A stretch of 64,000 bases of DNA from Candidatus Eiseniibacteriota bacterium (GTDB lineage Bacteria; Eisenbacteria; RBG-16-71-46; DASYSL01), in assembly GCA_031431875.1 (NCBI GenBank), contig JANPEF010000153.1, positions 45,891 through 109,890 on the forward strand. Reading direction: 5' to 3'. Shown here piece by piece: positions 48,208-58,645 of the stretch. The position numbers were made by a program, and so were the translations under genes. Below the pieces are notes generated by a model. That model made no database searches, was not told the origin of the DNA, and saw nothing but the letters and a program-made list of their open reading frames with translations. The stretch's first letter is position 1. Each line of letters begins with the position of its first letter.

Positions 48208-49587
48208 ATGCACGGAAGAACATCTCGTACTGCTGCGGCCGTCGTCGCCGTGGCCCTGGCCGTCGCCCCGGTCGCCGGTGCGGCTCAGGCGGCTGCGCGC
48301 GACGTCACGGTCACCGTCTACAACTCGAACCTCGCCCTGGTGAAGGACGTGCGCTCGCTCGACATCGGCACGGGCCGCCAGACGATCCGATTCGCCGACG
48401 TCTCGGCGCAGATCGACCCGACTTCGGTCCACCTGTTGCCCAAGGGCGGCGGGGGGCTCACGGTCCTCGAGCAGAACTTCCAGTACGACCTGGTGTCGGC
48501 CGAGCGCATCCTCGACCGCTATCGCGATCGCGACCTGAGCGTTCTCGGCAAGGACGGGAAGACCACGAACGGCACGCTGCTCTCCTATGACGGCGCGAAC
48601 CTCGTGCTCGATCGCAAGCCCGGCATTGCGATCATCAACCGCGCCGAGGTGAAGGAGATCCAGTTCTCCGACCTGCCCGGCGGGCTGATCACCCGCCCCA
48701 CGCTCGTGTGGCTGCTCGACAACGCGGGCGCGGGGAAGCGCGACGCCCAGATCAGCTACCTGACGACGGGCCTGTCGTGGCACGCCGAGTACGTCGCGGT
48801 GATCGCGCCCGACGACCGCTCGCTGTCGTGGGCCGGCTGGGTGTCGCTCGAGAACAACTCGGGCACGAGCTATCCCGAGGCGAAGCTCAAGCTCGTCGCC
48901 GGCGACGTGAATCGCGTCCAGGAGGAGATGGGTCGGATGGTCAAGGGCGGCCGTGTCGAGTACATGACCGATGCTGCCCAGGCGCCGCAGTTCCAGGAGC
49001 AGTCGTTCTTCGAGTACCACCTGTACTCGCTGGCTCGCCCGACGACGTTGGCCGATCGCGAGACCAAGCAGCTGTCGCTGTTCCCCAACGCGTCGGTGCA
49101 GTCGGACAAGATGTACACGTTCGACCGTTCGCGCGACGCCACGAAGGTGCGCGTGACGATGGAGTTCCGGAACACGCAAGGCGCCGGCCTGGGCATGGCG
49201 CTGCCCAAGGGCAAGGTCCGCGTCTACAAGGAGGACAAGTCCGGCGCGCAGGAGTTCGTCGGCGAGGACCGCATCGATCACACCGCGAAGGACGAGGCCG
49301 TCCGCGTCACCGTCGGCGACGCGTTCGACGTGGTCGGCGAGTACCGCCAGACCGACACGCGCCGCATCAGCGATCGCGAGACCGAGACCTCGCACGAGAT
49401 CAAGATCCGCAATCGCAAGGAATCCGAGCGCGTGACGGTCAAGATCATCGAGAAGACGTGGGGCGACTGGCGGGTCATGACCGCGTCGCAGGACCACGTG
49501 AAGAAGGATGCGACCACGCTCGAGTTCACCGTCCAGGTGGCGCCGGGCGAGGAGAAGATCGTGACGTACACGGTGCGGAGCAGGTAA
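48208..49587 (+). CDS. DUF4139 domain-containing exported protein
   Basis: VTVYNSNLALVKD, NFQYDL, SYLTTGLSWHAEY, LPKGKVRVY, FVGEDRIDHT. Confidence 0.88.
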   Translation: MHGRTSRTAAAVVAVALAVAPVAGAAQAAARDVTVTVYNSNLALVKDVRSLDIGTGRQTIRFADVSAQIDPTSVHLLPKGGGGLTVLEQNFQYDLVSAERILDRYRDRDLSVLGKDGKTTNGTLLSYDGANLVLDRKPGIAIINRAEVKEIQFSDLPGGLITRPTLVWLLDNAGAGKRDAQISYLTTGLSWHAEYVAVIAPDDRSLSWAGWVSLENNSGTSYPEAKLKLVAGDVNRVQEEMGRMVKGGRVEYMTDAAQAPQFQEQSFFEYHLYSLARPTTLADRETKQLSLFPNASVQSDKMYTFDRSRDATKVRVTMEFRNTQGAGLGMALPKGKVRVYKEDKSGAQEFVGEDRIDHTAKDEAVRVTVGDAFDVVGEYRQTDTRRISDRETETSHEIKIRNRKESERVTVKIIEKTWGDWRVMTASQDHVKKDATTLEFTVQVAPGEEKIVTYTVRSR

Positions 49588-49736
49588 CACCGGCCAAAGG
49601 CCGGGCTGGATCGCGGCGAGGCCCGCGGGACGGCCAACCGGGCAGCGCGGCCCAGTTCACCTCGCTTGGGACGGGTCGATGAAGCAGTCCGGCCGGGTCG
49701 CACGTCCCGTAGGCCGCGCCGCCCGTCCCCGACCCG

Positions 49737-49745
49737 TGGTATCGT
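49737..49745 (+). promoter_or_regulatory. Possible extended -10 promoter of kinase gene
   Basis: TGGTATCGT, identical to the element before uvrB. Confidence 0.35.
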
Positions 49746-49809
49746 CGTCGTCGCATGACGACTCGCCGCCGGCTCCCCCCGCCGCTGTGTGCGTTCGGGA
49801 AGGGGGGAC

Positions 49810-52179
49810 ATGGGAGTCGATCGCGAGGCAGTGTCATCGGCCCTGGGTGATCGTTACCGCCTGGGGCGGGAGATCGGTCGGGGCGCCTCGGCCACCGTGT
49901 TCGCCGCCGAGGACCTCCACCTCGGGCGCTCCGTCGCCGTCAAGGTCCTCGAGCCGGAGCTGGCCCGGACGGTCGCGGGTGAACGATTCCTGCGCGAAGT
50001 GCGCATCGAAGCCCGACTCCAGCACCCTCACATCCTGCCGCTGATCGACTCGGGGGATGCCCGGGGCCTTCTCTACTGCGTCTATCCGCTGGTCGAGGGG
50101 ACGACGTTGCGCGAGCGCATGACGGCCGTCGGCGCGTTTCCGATCGACACCGCGCTCCGTCTCGCGGAGGAGGTCGCACGTGCCCTCGAACATGCGCATG
50201 CCCACGGCGTCGTCCACCGCGACATCAAGCCCGAGAACATCCTGCTCTGTGACGACCAGGCGATCGTGTGCGACTTCGGTATCGCTCGCGCCCTGATGGA
50301 TGCCGCGGACTGCGGGCTCACGCAGACCGGAGTCTCGATCGGCACCCCGCGCTACATGAGCCCGGAGCAGGCCGCGGGAAACGAGCGGCCCGATCCACGC
50401 AGCGACCTCTACAGCCTGGGGTGCGTGCTCCACGAGATGCTCGTGGGCCGGGCGCCGTTTACTGCCCCGAGCGCGCGCGGTTTGCTCCAGCAGCACATGG
50501 TAGCGGACGCGCCGCGCGTGCTCGACTCGCGCCCCGAGATCTCCATCGCTGTTGCGGCACTGGTCGACCGGTGCCTTGCGAAAGCACCCGCAGACCGTCC
50601 CGCCTCGGCGACCGACCTGGCCGATGAGCTGTGGCGGGTACGCGCGGGAGATTCGCGGGAACCGGTCGCGGCGGGCGGGTGGCCGCTGGGCAGCCCGCGC
50701 AGGACTCGCGCCATCGTCGTCGGCGCGGTGCTCGTGTTCGGGGTGGGAGCCTGGCTTTGGCCCGACCTCTCCGGTCGACTCGACACCTTCGACGCGGTCG
50801 CTGTCCTGCCGCTGCGCAATCTCACCGGCGACGACGAACAGGAGTACTTCGCCGACGGGGTCACCGAGGCGTTGATCAACCACCTCTCGCGGATCGAGTC
50901 CCTTCGGGTCATCTCGCGGACTTCCGCGATGTCGCTGAAGGACTCGAGGGATCCCGTTCCCGTCCTTGCCCGCCGCCTCGGAGTGAGCGCCGTCGTTGAG
51001 GGCTCGGTCGCGCGCGTCGGGGATCGGATTCGGGTTTCGATCCAGCTCGTGCGGGCGGATCCGGAGAAGACCGTGTGGTCCCACACCTATGATCGCGACG
51101 AGCGGGACATCCTCGACCTGCAGGGGGATGTCTCCCGATCGATTGCGGAAGCGATCCACGTCCGACTCACGCCTGAGGAGAAGTCGTCGCTTCGGGCGAC
51201 CGCGCGTGTCGTCGATCCGGTCGTTCACGAGGCGTGTCTCAGGGGGCAATACCTCCTGCACACCCGCTTCGACATCGCCGCGTACCGACGTGCAAAGGGA
51301 GAGTTCGAACGGGCGGTCGATCTCGATCCCACCTACGCGCCGGCATGGGCCGGGCTTGCGGACGCCTACTACAACCTGTCGTCGCTCGGCATTTCGGCTG
51401 ATGAAGCAATGCCACGCGCTCGCGCCGCAGCGGCCCGGGCCCTCGAACTCGATTCCACCTTGGCGGAGGCCCACGTCGTGGTCGGACTCGTGAGCTCGCA
51501 GTACGAGCTGGATTGGATCGGGTCCGAGCGCAGCCTCCGCCGCGCGGTGGCACTCAATCCCGGCTCGGCATTCGCCCGCGCGTCGCTGTCGTTGGTGCTC
51601 TGCGAGTCGGGCCGGCTCACGGAGTCCCTGCGCGAGATTCGCCGCGCCGTCGAACTGGATCCACTCTCCCAATACTATGCCGTCGGCGAGGGAATAATCT
51701 TGTTCCGGGCGCTCCGGATCGACGAGTCGCGCACGGTCCTGCGGCGTGTGCTCGACGAACACCCCGACGATGGAGCGGCGGCGGCCGCCTTGTCGGCAAC
51801 CTACGAACTCTTGGGACAACTGGACAGCGCCACCGTGCTCGCCGAGCGGGCCGTCCCGGCATCACCCTACTTCCTGGCGCAACTGGGGCGCGTACATGCC
51901 CGCGCGGGAAGGCATGCCGAGGCGCGGAAAGCGCTCACCCGGTTAGGCCGGCCCGAGGGGTCTGCCCACGCCATGATCCTGTTTCAGCTTGGCGAAACGG
52001 ACCGCGCATTCACGCTCTTCGCGCGGGCACTCGAGGAGCGCGACGAGAACTTCATCTATGCGCTACGGACCGACCCCAACTGGGAGGGCATTCGCGCCGA
52101 TCCTCGCGGTCGGGATCTTTTGCGCCGCATCGGGCCGCAGGACGGGGGCCCACTCGACCCCTCCTGGACCTTGAACTGA
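49810..52179 (+). CDS. Ser/Thr protein kinase with TM, TolB-N-like domain and TPRs
   Basis: GRGASATV, VAVK, HRDIKPEN, DFG, GTPRYMSPEQ; AVLPLRNL...YFADGVTE; TPRs. Confidence 0.92.
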   Translation: MGVDREAVSSALGDRYRLGREIGRGASATVFAAEDLHLGRSVAVKVLEPELARTVAGERFLREVRIEARLQHPHILPLIDSGDARGLLYCVYPLVEGTTLRERMTAVGAFPIDTALRLAEEVARALEHAHAHGVVHRDIKPENILLCDDQAIVCDFGIARALMDAADCGLTQTGVSIGTPRYMSPEQAAGNERPDPRSDLYSLGCVLHEMLVGRAPFTAPSARGLLQQHMVADAPRVLDSRPEISIAVAALVDRCLAKAPADRPASATDLADELWRVRAGDSREPVAAGGWPLGSPRRTRAIVVGAVLVFGVGAWLWPDLSGRLDTFDAVAVLPLRNLTGDDEQEYFADGVTEALINHLSRIESLRVISRTSAMSLKDSRDPVPVLARRLGVSAVVEGSVARVGDRIRVSIQLVRADPEKTVWSHTYDRDERDILDLQGDVSRSIAEAIHVRLTPEEKSSLRATARVVDPVVHEACLRGQYLLHTRFDIAAYRRAKGEFERAVDLDPTYAPAWAGLADAYYNLSSLGISADEAMPRARAAAARALELDSTLAEAHVVVGLVSSQYELDWIGSERSLRRAVALNPGSAFARASLSLVLCESGRLTESLREIRRAVELDPLSQYYAVGEGIILFRALRIDESRTVLRRVLDEHPDDGAAAAALSATYELLGQLDSATVLAERAVPASPYFLAQLGRVHARAGRHAEARKALTRLGRPEGSAHAMILFQLGETDRAFTLFARALEERDENFIYALRTDPNWEGIRADPRGRDLLRRIGPQDGGPLDPSWTLN

Positions 52180-52194
52180 TTCGTCCCCGCCTCA

Positions 52195-52203
52195 TGGTAT
52201 CGT
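52195..52203 (+). promoter_or_regulatory. Extended -10 promoter, probably leaderless uvrB
   Basis: TGGTATCGT ends 6 nt before ATG 52210; no SD. Confidence 0.55.
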
Positions 52204-52209
52204 CCGACC

Positions 52210-54621
52210 ATGTCCGCCCCATTCCGCATCCACCGTCCGTACGAGCCCAAGGGGGACCAGCCCGAGGCGATCGCCGCGCTGACCCGCGGCGTGAAGCGGG
52301 GCGACCAGCACCAGGTGCTGCTCGGCGTGACCGGCTCCGGCAAGACGTACACGATCGCGAACGTGATCGCCGAGATCGGGCTGCCCACGCTGGTGCTCAG
52401 CCACAACAAGACGCTGGCGGCGCAGCTCTACGGCGAGATGAGGACATTCTTCCCCGAGAACGGCGTCGGGTACTTTGTTTCTTATTACGACTACTACCAG
52501 CCCGAGGCCTACGTTCCCGCCACCAACACCTTCATAGAAAAAGACGCGAGCATCAACGACGACATCGACCGCCTGCGGTTGTCGGCGACGTCGATGCTGC
52601 TCGAACGCCCGGACGTGGTCATCGTCGCGTCGGTGTCGTGCATCTACGGCCTCGGTTCGCCCGAGGAGTTCCGCGGGCTCATGATCGACCTGTCCGCGGG
52701 GCAGAGGGTCGACCGCGAGCAGCTGCTGCGCAAGCTCATCGAGATCCAGTACGCGCGCAACGAGTACGACTTCGCGCGCGGCACCTTCCGCGTGCGTGGC
52801 GAGGTGATCGAGATCCGCCCGGCGTACGAGGAACACGCGGTCCGCGTTGAGTTCGACGACGACGTCGTCACGCGCATCTCGGTCGTCGATCCGACGAACG
52901 GCCACGTGCTGCGCCGGCAGGACCGGCTCGCACTCTACCCGGCCAAGCACTTCGTCCTGTCGCGGAAGAAGATCGATCCCGCGCTGGGGGGGATCCGCCG
53001 GGAGCTCGACGAGCGCCTGGGGGTGCTCGAGGGCGAGGGCAAGCTGCTCGAGGCACAGCGCCTGCGCAACCGCACCGAGTACGACCTCGAGATCCTCAAG
53101 GCCATCGGCTACTGCCCGGGCATCGAGAACTACTCGCGTCACCTCTCGGGGCGCGGGCCCGGGGAGCGGCCCAGCTGCCTCCTCGACTACTTCCCGCGCC
53201 CGTTCCTGCTCGTCGTCGACGAGTCGCACGTCACCGTGTCGCAGGTGGGGGGCATGTTCGAGGGCGACCGCTCGCGCAAGCAGACGCTCATCGACTACGG
53301 ATTCCGCCTGCCGTCGGCGCTCGACAACCGGCCGCTGCGCTTCTCCGAATTCGAGGCGATGACCGGTCCCGTCATCTATGTCTCGGCCACGCCGTCGACG
53401 TTCGAGATCGAGAAGGCGGGGGGCGTCGTCGTCGAGCAGATCATCCGGCCGACCGGGCTCATCGACCCCGAGATCACGGTTCGCCCGATCACCGGCCAGG
53501 TCGACGACCTGCTGGCCGAGATCAGGAAGCGCGTGGACAGGAACGAACGCACGCTGGTCACCACGCTGACCAAGCGCATGGCCGAGGACCTGACCGACTA
53601 CCTGCACGAGATGGGCGTCCGCGTGCGCTACCTGCACTCGGACATCCAGGCGCTCGAGCGCGTCGAGATCCTGCGCGGCTTGCGGCTCGCCGAGTTCGAC
53701 GTATTGGTGGGCATCAACCTTCTGCGCGAGGGGCTGGACCTGCCCGAGGTGTCGCTGGTCGCCATCCTCGACGCGGACAAGGAAGGCTTCCTGCGCAGCG
53801 AGCGATCGCTCATCCAGACGGCCGGACGCGCGGCGCGAAATGTCGCCGGTGACGTCATCCTGTACGCCGACACGATCACGGGCTCGATGGCCCGTGCGAT
53901 CGAGGAGACAAATCGGCGCCGCGAGGCGCAACGCGCGTACAACGTGGAACATGGGATCACGCCAAGATCCATCATCAAATCCGTCGAGGACGTGATGCGC
54001 ATCACCGCCGTTGCCGACGCGCGCTTCGTCGCCGACGGTGGCGACGACATGCAGGCCCCACCGACCGGCGCCTCGGGCGCGCCCGGGAAGAAGTACGCCG
54101 TCGGCCGCGGCCGGCGCGAGCCTGGGGGTGCGCGGCCCACGACTGCGGCGGCTGCGGCACGCCTGACGCCTGGCGTGGCGCCGGAGGCAGTCGCTCCGCT
54201 CCTGCGACATGACGACACGATCGCGATGATGGCGCTGCTCGAGCGCGAGATGCTGGCCGCGGCGCGGGGGCTCGAGTTCGAGAAGGCGGCGAGCCTGCGC
54301 GATCGACTCGAGGAACTCGCGACCCAGGCGATGTTCGCCGGCGCGATCGACGTCGAGGAGGCGTCGCGCGCGGTCGGTTCGCAGCGCGCCGCCGCGCGTG
54401 CGGTCGCGGCTTCGTCGGACGAGCTCGTGCCCGGCGGCGCCGGCGCGGGCGCACGCCGCGCCGCCGAGGCCGATCGCCGCAGCCGCACGAAGCGCCTCGC
54501 CGACGGCCGCCCCATCCGCGGTGCCAATGCCGACATCGTACCGGGTGAAGACCCGGTTCGCCGCGCGCAGAGGAAGCCCAAGAGCATGGTCCCGCCGCGC
54601 CTCAAGCGGAAGCTGCGATGA
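52210..54621 (+). CDS. uvrB: Excinuclease ABC subunit B
   Basis: [43 protein letters not shown] domain (FEKAASLRD). Confidence 0.97.
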   Translation: MSAPFRIHRPYEPKGDQPEAIAALTRGVKRGDQHQVLLGVTGSGKTYTIANVIAEIGLPTLVLSHNKTLAAQLYGEMRTFFPENGVGYFVSYYDYYQPEAYVPATNTFIEKDASINDDIDRLRLSATSMLLERPDVVIVASVSCIYGLGSPEEFRGLMIDLSAGQRVDREQLLRKLIEIQYARNEYDFARGTFRVRGEVIEIRPAYEEHAVRVEFDDDVVTRISVVDPTNGHVLRRQDRLALYPAKHFVLSRKKIDPALGGIRRELDERLGVLEGEGKLLEAQRLRNRTEYDLEILKAIGYCPGIENYSRHLSGRGPGERPSCLLDYFPRPFLLVVDESHVTVSQVGGMFEGDRSRKQTLIDYGFRLPSALDNRPLRFSEFEAMTGPVIYVSATPSTFEIEKAGGVVVEQIIRPTGLIDPEITVRPITGQVDDLLAEIRKRVDRNERTLVTTLTKRMAEDLTDYLHEMGVRVRYLHSDIQALERVEILRGLRLAEFDVLVGINLLREGLDLPEVSLVAILDADKEGFLRSERSLIQTAGRAARNVAGDVILYADTITGSMARAIEETNRRREAQRAYNVEHGITPRSIIKSVEDVMRITAVADARFVADGGDDMQAPPTGASGAPGKKYAVGRGRREPGGARPTTAAAAARLTPGVAPEAVAPLLRHDDTIAMMALLEREMLAAARGLEFEKAASLRDRLEELATQAMFAGAIDVEEASRAVGSQRAAARAVAASSDELVPGGAGAGARRAAEADRRSRTKRLADGRPIRGANADIVPGEDPVRRAQRKPKSMVPPRLKRKLR

Positions 54622-55523
54622 CCACGACACCGCGCAAGGCCCACACGCCGGGGGCCGAGGCGGCCGCCGGCTCGCGCGCGCTGGTGCGGCTGGCCCTGGC
54701 TGAGGACGTGGGCACCGGAGACGTCACGACCACGGCGTGCATCGATCCGGGGCTCGCCGCCGAGGCCGTCATCGTCGCCAAGGCGCACGGCGTCCTGGCC
54801 GGGATCGATGTGGCCCGGCTGGTCTTCCACGAGGTCGATCCGGCCGTCCACTTCGAGGCGTTCGGCGTCGACGGCGACGTCGTGACGCCAGGCCTCGAGC
54901 TCGTGCGCCTGAACGGTCCGGCCCACTCGATCCTGGTCGGCGAGCGCACGGCGTTGAATTTTCTTCAGCAATTGTCGGGCGTGGCGACGCGCACACGTGC
55001 CTTCGTGGAGAAGCTCTCGGGGACGTCGACCGTGCTCCTCGACACGCGGAAGACGACGCCCGGCATGCGCCTTCTGGAGAAGGCGGCCGTGCTCGCCGGC
55101 GGGGGCGCGAACCATCGCGTCGGGCTGTTCGACATGGTGCTGATCAAGGATAACCACATCCGCGCTGCCGGCGGCTTGATCGAGGCGGTGCGCCGCGCCC
55201 GCGCCGAAGCCGCCCCCGGGCTGCTGGTCGAGGCCGAGGCCGCAACGTTCGCCGAGGTCGAGGAGGCCTGCGCCGTCGACGTCGACCGCCTGCTGCTCGA
55301 CAACATGAGCCGCAGCGAGGTCGCGCGGGCACTGACCTACATCGATGCCCGCCGCGCCACGCCCGATGCGCCGCGCCGCCCGCTGGTCGAGGTGAGCGGC
55401 GGCATGACGCTCGAGACGGTGCGACCGATGGCCGAGCTGGGCGTCGACTTCATCTCGGTCGGCGGGCTCACGCACTCGGCCCCCGCGCTCGACCTGTCGC
55501 TCGAGATCGTGCGCCTTGGCTGA
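54618..55523 (+). CDS. nadC: Quinolinate phosphoribosyltransferase
   Basis: [42 protein letters not shown]. Confidence 0.96.
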   Translation: MTTTPRKAHTPGAEAAAGSRALVRLALAEDVGTGDVTTTACIDPGLAAEAVIVAKAHGVLAGIDVARLVFHEVDPAVHFEAFGVDGDVVTPGLELVRLNGPAHSILVGERTALNFLQQLSGVATRTRAFVEKLSGTSTVLLDTRKTTPGMRLLEKAAVLAGGGANHRVGLFDMVLIKDNHIRAAGGLIEAVRRARAEAAPGLLVEAEAATFAEVEEACAVDVDRLLLDNMSRSEVARALTYIDARRATPDAPRRPLVEVSGGMTLETVRPMAELGVDFISVGGLTHSAPALDLSLEIVRLG

Positions 55524-56346
55524 CGCGTCGGAGGCGCCCGTGTTCGTGCTCGTGCTCGACGCCGTGTCGTCGACGAACGACGTCGCGTTCGCCGAGGGGC
55601 GTGCGCGGCTCACAGAGCTGCGGCCGCTCGGCGGCATCCCGGCGCTCGCCGTGCGCGCCGCGCGACAGTCGGCCGGCCGCGGGCGCGTGGGTCGGACGTG
55701 GGAGTCGCCCGCGGGCAGCGGGCTCTATCTCTCCCTCTACCTGAGTCTGGCGTGGACGGCGCGGCAGGCAGCCTGGCTCACGCTTGCGGCCGGGCTGGCC
55801 ACTCGCACGGCGTGCGTCGAGTCGCTCGGCGGTGTCGCCCCCGACCTCAAGTGGCCGAATGATCTCCTCGTTCCCGACGGCAGCGGCCGGAAGCTCGGCG
55901 GCATCCTGGTCGAGACGCGGACGCAGGGGGGGCGCGTGGAGGAAGCGGTGGTGGGGATCGGCGTGAACCTCGTGGCGCCAGACGGGGGCTCTGCGCCTGG
56001 GCTCGCGGTGCTTGCCGGCTCCGTGGCCGAACTGGGGAACACTGTTCCGCCTTCGGCGGAACGACTGACCACGCGCATTCTCGCGGCGCTCGCGCCCGAG
56101 CTCGCCGCGATCGAGCGCGATCCCGGCGCCGCGGGCGCAAGTCTGGTCGCCCGCGCCCGCGAGGCATCATCCCTGTGGGGCCGCACCGTGCGTTTCGAGC
56201 GGGCCGGTGCGATCGTCGCGGGCACGGCCCGGACCTGGGCCGAGGACGGCGGCCTCGAGATCGTGTTGCCCGACGGGGCAACCACCGTCGTGCATGCCGG
56301 CGACGTCGCAGTGACGTGGGACCGCGCGGCCGGGGCGACGCCATGA
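55516..56346 (+). CDS. birA: Biotin--protein ligase (no N-terminal HTH)
   Basis: SSTND, QSAGRGRVGRTW, KWPNDL, KLGGILVE. Confidence 0.9.
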   Translation: MADASEAPVFVLVLDAVSSTNDVAFAEGRARLTELRPLGGIPALAVRAARQSAGRGRVGRTWESPAGSGLYLSLYLSLAWTARQAAWLTLAAGLATRTACVESLGGVAPDLKWPNDLLVPDGSGRKLGGILVETRTQGGRVEEAVVGIGVNLVAPDGGSAPGLAVLAGSVAELGNTVPPSAERLTTRILAALAPELAAIERDPGAAGASLVARAREASSLWGRTVRFERAGAIVAGTARTWAEDGGLEIVLPDGATTVVHAGDVAVTWDRAAGATP

Positions 56347-57305
56347 GCGAGGGCAACCTGTTCCCGCCCGATCTTCCGCCCGCCGAGGGCAGCGTCGCCG
56401 CGCACACGAGCGGACGCCCGCCACGCCCCGATGACGAGCTCGAGGCCGAGGGCGCTGCGCGCGCCCGCGCCGACCGCGCCGACGCCGCGACGCGCCGCGA
56501 TGCCGATCTCGCCCGCGCGGGCGGGGGCGCCGGCGACGACTCACTTTCGGACGAGGAACTCGCGCTCGACGCCGACGCGCCCGCGCTGTCGATCCTTCAT
56601 CACCTGGATGAACTCAGGACCAGGATCCTGCGATCCGTTGGCGCGATCCTGCTGGGCGCAGGAGTTGGCTGGTGGTTCTCGGGGACGGTGCTCGAGTGGT
56701 CGATCAAGCACACGGTCGGCACCGTCCTCGTGCTCGACCCGATCGAGTCGTTCAGCGAGCGCTTCAAGCTGGCGCTCGTGCTCGGTGGCTGCGTCGCACT
56801 GCCGCTGGTGCTCTACCAGGCGTGGGCGTTCGTGTTACCGGGGTTATTTCGTCGGGAGCGGCGGCTATTGTTGCCACTCGTCGCGGCTTCGCTCCTGCTC
56901 TTCTTCTCCGGGGCCACCCTGGCGGTGTTCGTCGTCGTCCCTCTCGTGCTGGAAGCACTCGAGGTGTTTCTCACGCCGTCGATGCACCAGCAGATTCGGC
57001 TATCGAGCCTGCTCGGATTCCTCTATAACCTCGCCTTCGCCACGGGGGTCGTCTTCCAGCTTCCGCTCGTCGCCGGCGCCCTGGCCGCGCTCGGTCTGGT
57101 GACCTCGGGCTGGCTCGTCCGGCAGTGGCGCATCGCCCTCGTCAGCATGCTCATCGTGAGCGCGCTCATCACGCCGGGCGATGTCGTGTCCGCGCAGATC
57201 ATCCTCGGCATTCCGCTCGTCGCGCTCTACGCGCTGTCGATCGTGGTGGCGTGGATCATCGAGCGCCTGCGCAACAGGTCGAACCCCGGCGAGGAGGCCG
57301 CGTGA
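56343..57305 (+). CDS. tatC: Twin-arginine translocase subunit TatC
   Basis: HLDELRTRI, YQAWAFVLPGL, FQLP, ITPGD, LYALSI. Confidence 0.92.
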   Translation: MSEGNLFPPDLPPAEGSVAAHTSGRPPRPDDELEAEGAARARADRADAATRRDADLARAGGGAGDDSLSDEELALDADAPALSILHHLDELRTRILRSVGAILLGAGVGWWFSGTVLEWSIKHTVGTVLVLDPIESFSERFKLALVLGGCVALPLVLYQAWAFVLPGLFRRERRLLLPLVAASLLLFFSGATLAVFVVVPLVLEALEVFLTPSMHQQIRLSSLLGFLYNLAFATGVVFQLPLVAGALAALGLVTSGWLVRQWRIALVSMLIVSALITPGDVVSAQIILGIPLVALYALSIVVAWIIERLRNRSNPGEEAA

Positions 57306-58639
57306 CGCCCGTCAAGAAGACCCGCCGCCCCTCGACCGCCGGCCCCGCGCTGCTCGCCGTCGACGTCGGCAACTCGGAGACCACGCTCGGCGTGTTCCAG
57401 GACGAGCACGTCGTGCTCCACTGGCGCTTGCGCAGCGTGCCGCGGACGGCCGACGAGACGCACCTGCTCCTGCGCCAGCTCATGGCGCCCGAGGCGATCG
57501 ACCTTGCCGGCCTGCCGTCGGTGCTGTGCTCGGTCGTGCCCGCGGTGACGAGCGATTTCGCCGCCGGCCTCGAGCGCCTGACGGGCCTCGCGCCGGTGAT
57601 CGTCTCCGCCGCCACCGTGCCGTCGATGGCGATCCGCTACAAGGATCCCGCGGCCGTCGGGGCCGATCGCCTGGCCAACGCGATCGCGGCCCGCGAGCTG
57701 TGGGGCGCACCGGCAATCGTCGTCGACCTTGGCACCGCGACGACGTTCGACGTCGTCGGCGAGGACGGCGACTTCCTCGGTGGCGCGATCACGCCCGGCA
57801 TGGCGACCGCGGCCGAGGAGTTGTTCCGGCGCGCGGCGCGCCTGGGGCGCATCGAACTCAAGCGCCCCGATCACGCGATCGGCACCACGACCGAGGAGAG
57901 CCTGCTCTCCGGAATCGTGCTCGGGCATGCCGCGATGGTCGACGGCATGGTCAGCCGCCTGCTCGCCGAACTGGGCGGTCGCGCCGCGGTCGTCGCCACC
58001 GGCGGCCTCGCGTATCTCATCGAGGATGAAGTTGGCACGCTCGAGCATGTCGATGCGGCGCTGACGTTGAAGGGCCTGCGGCTGATCCACGAATCCGTGG
58101 CGCGGCCCGAGTCGCTCGCGGCATGGGTCAAGAAGCAGGAGACCCGACGGACGGCCCGCGCGCGCACCGTTGCGCTGCTCGAGCGCGAACGCGACGCCGA
58201 AGCCGAGCGCACCGCTGCGGCCGAGGAGATCGACGAGGACGAGGTGATCATCGTCCATGGTCCGACCCCGCGCCGGGAGATTGCGCGCGAGCAGAGCGAG
58301 CGCCCTGCGCGTCCCCCCCGTGGCGAACGAGCCGAGCGGGTCGAACGGTCCGCGGTCCCGCCGCGCAAGTCCCGGTCCGAACCCAAGCCCCGACCGCAAC
58401 CCGCTCCGCGTCCGGAGCCGGCGCCGCGCGCTGCGCGACCCGAGCGGGACGCACGTCCGGAGCGTGCATCGCGTGGTCGCAAGGCGAAACCCGTCCCCGC
58501 GCCCGTCCCTGCGCCGCCGCCGTCGGCCGCTCCTGCGGCACCGGCCGCTGCCTCTCCGGGCGCGGCTTCCGCCGCGCGAGATGACGCAGGTCGCAAGCGC
58601 CGTCGCGGCCGTCGCGGCGGCCGCCGTTCGCGCCGCTAG
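57302..58639 (+). CDS. coaX: Type III pantothenate kinase with long disordered C-terminal tail
   Basis: AVDVGNSET, GADRLAN, VDLGTATTFD, GGAITPG, VATGG. Confidence 0.9.
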   Translation: MTPVKKTRRPSTAGPALLAVDVGNSETTLGVFQDEHVVLHWRLRSVPRTADETHLLLRQLMAPEAIDLAGLPSVLCSVVPAVTSDFAAGLERLTGLAPVIVSAATVPSMAIRYKDPAAVGADRLANAIAARELWGAPAIVVDLGTATTFDVVGEDGDFLGGAITPGMATAAEELFRRAARLGRIELKRPDHAIGTTTEESLLSGIVLGHAAMVDGMVSRLLAELGGRAAVVATGGLAYLIEDEVGTLEHVDAALTLKGLRLIHESVARPESLAAWVKKQETRRTARARTVALLERERDAEAERTAAAEEIDEDEVIIVHGPTPRREIAREQSERPARPPRGERAERVERSAVPPRKSRSEPKPRPQPAPRPEPAPRAARPERDARPERASRGRKAKPVPAPVPAPPPSAAPAAPAAASPGAASAARDDAGRKRRRGRRGGRRSRR

Positions 58640-58645
58640 TCGCAC

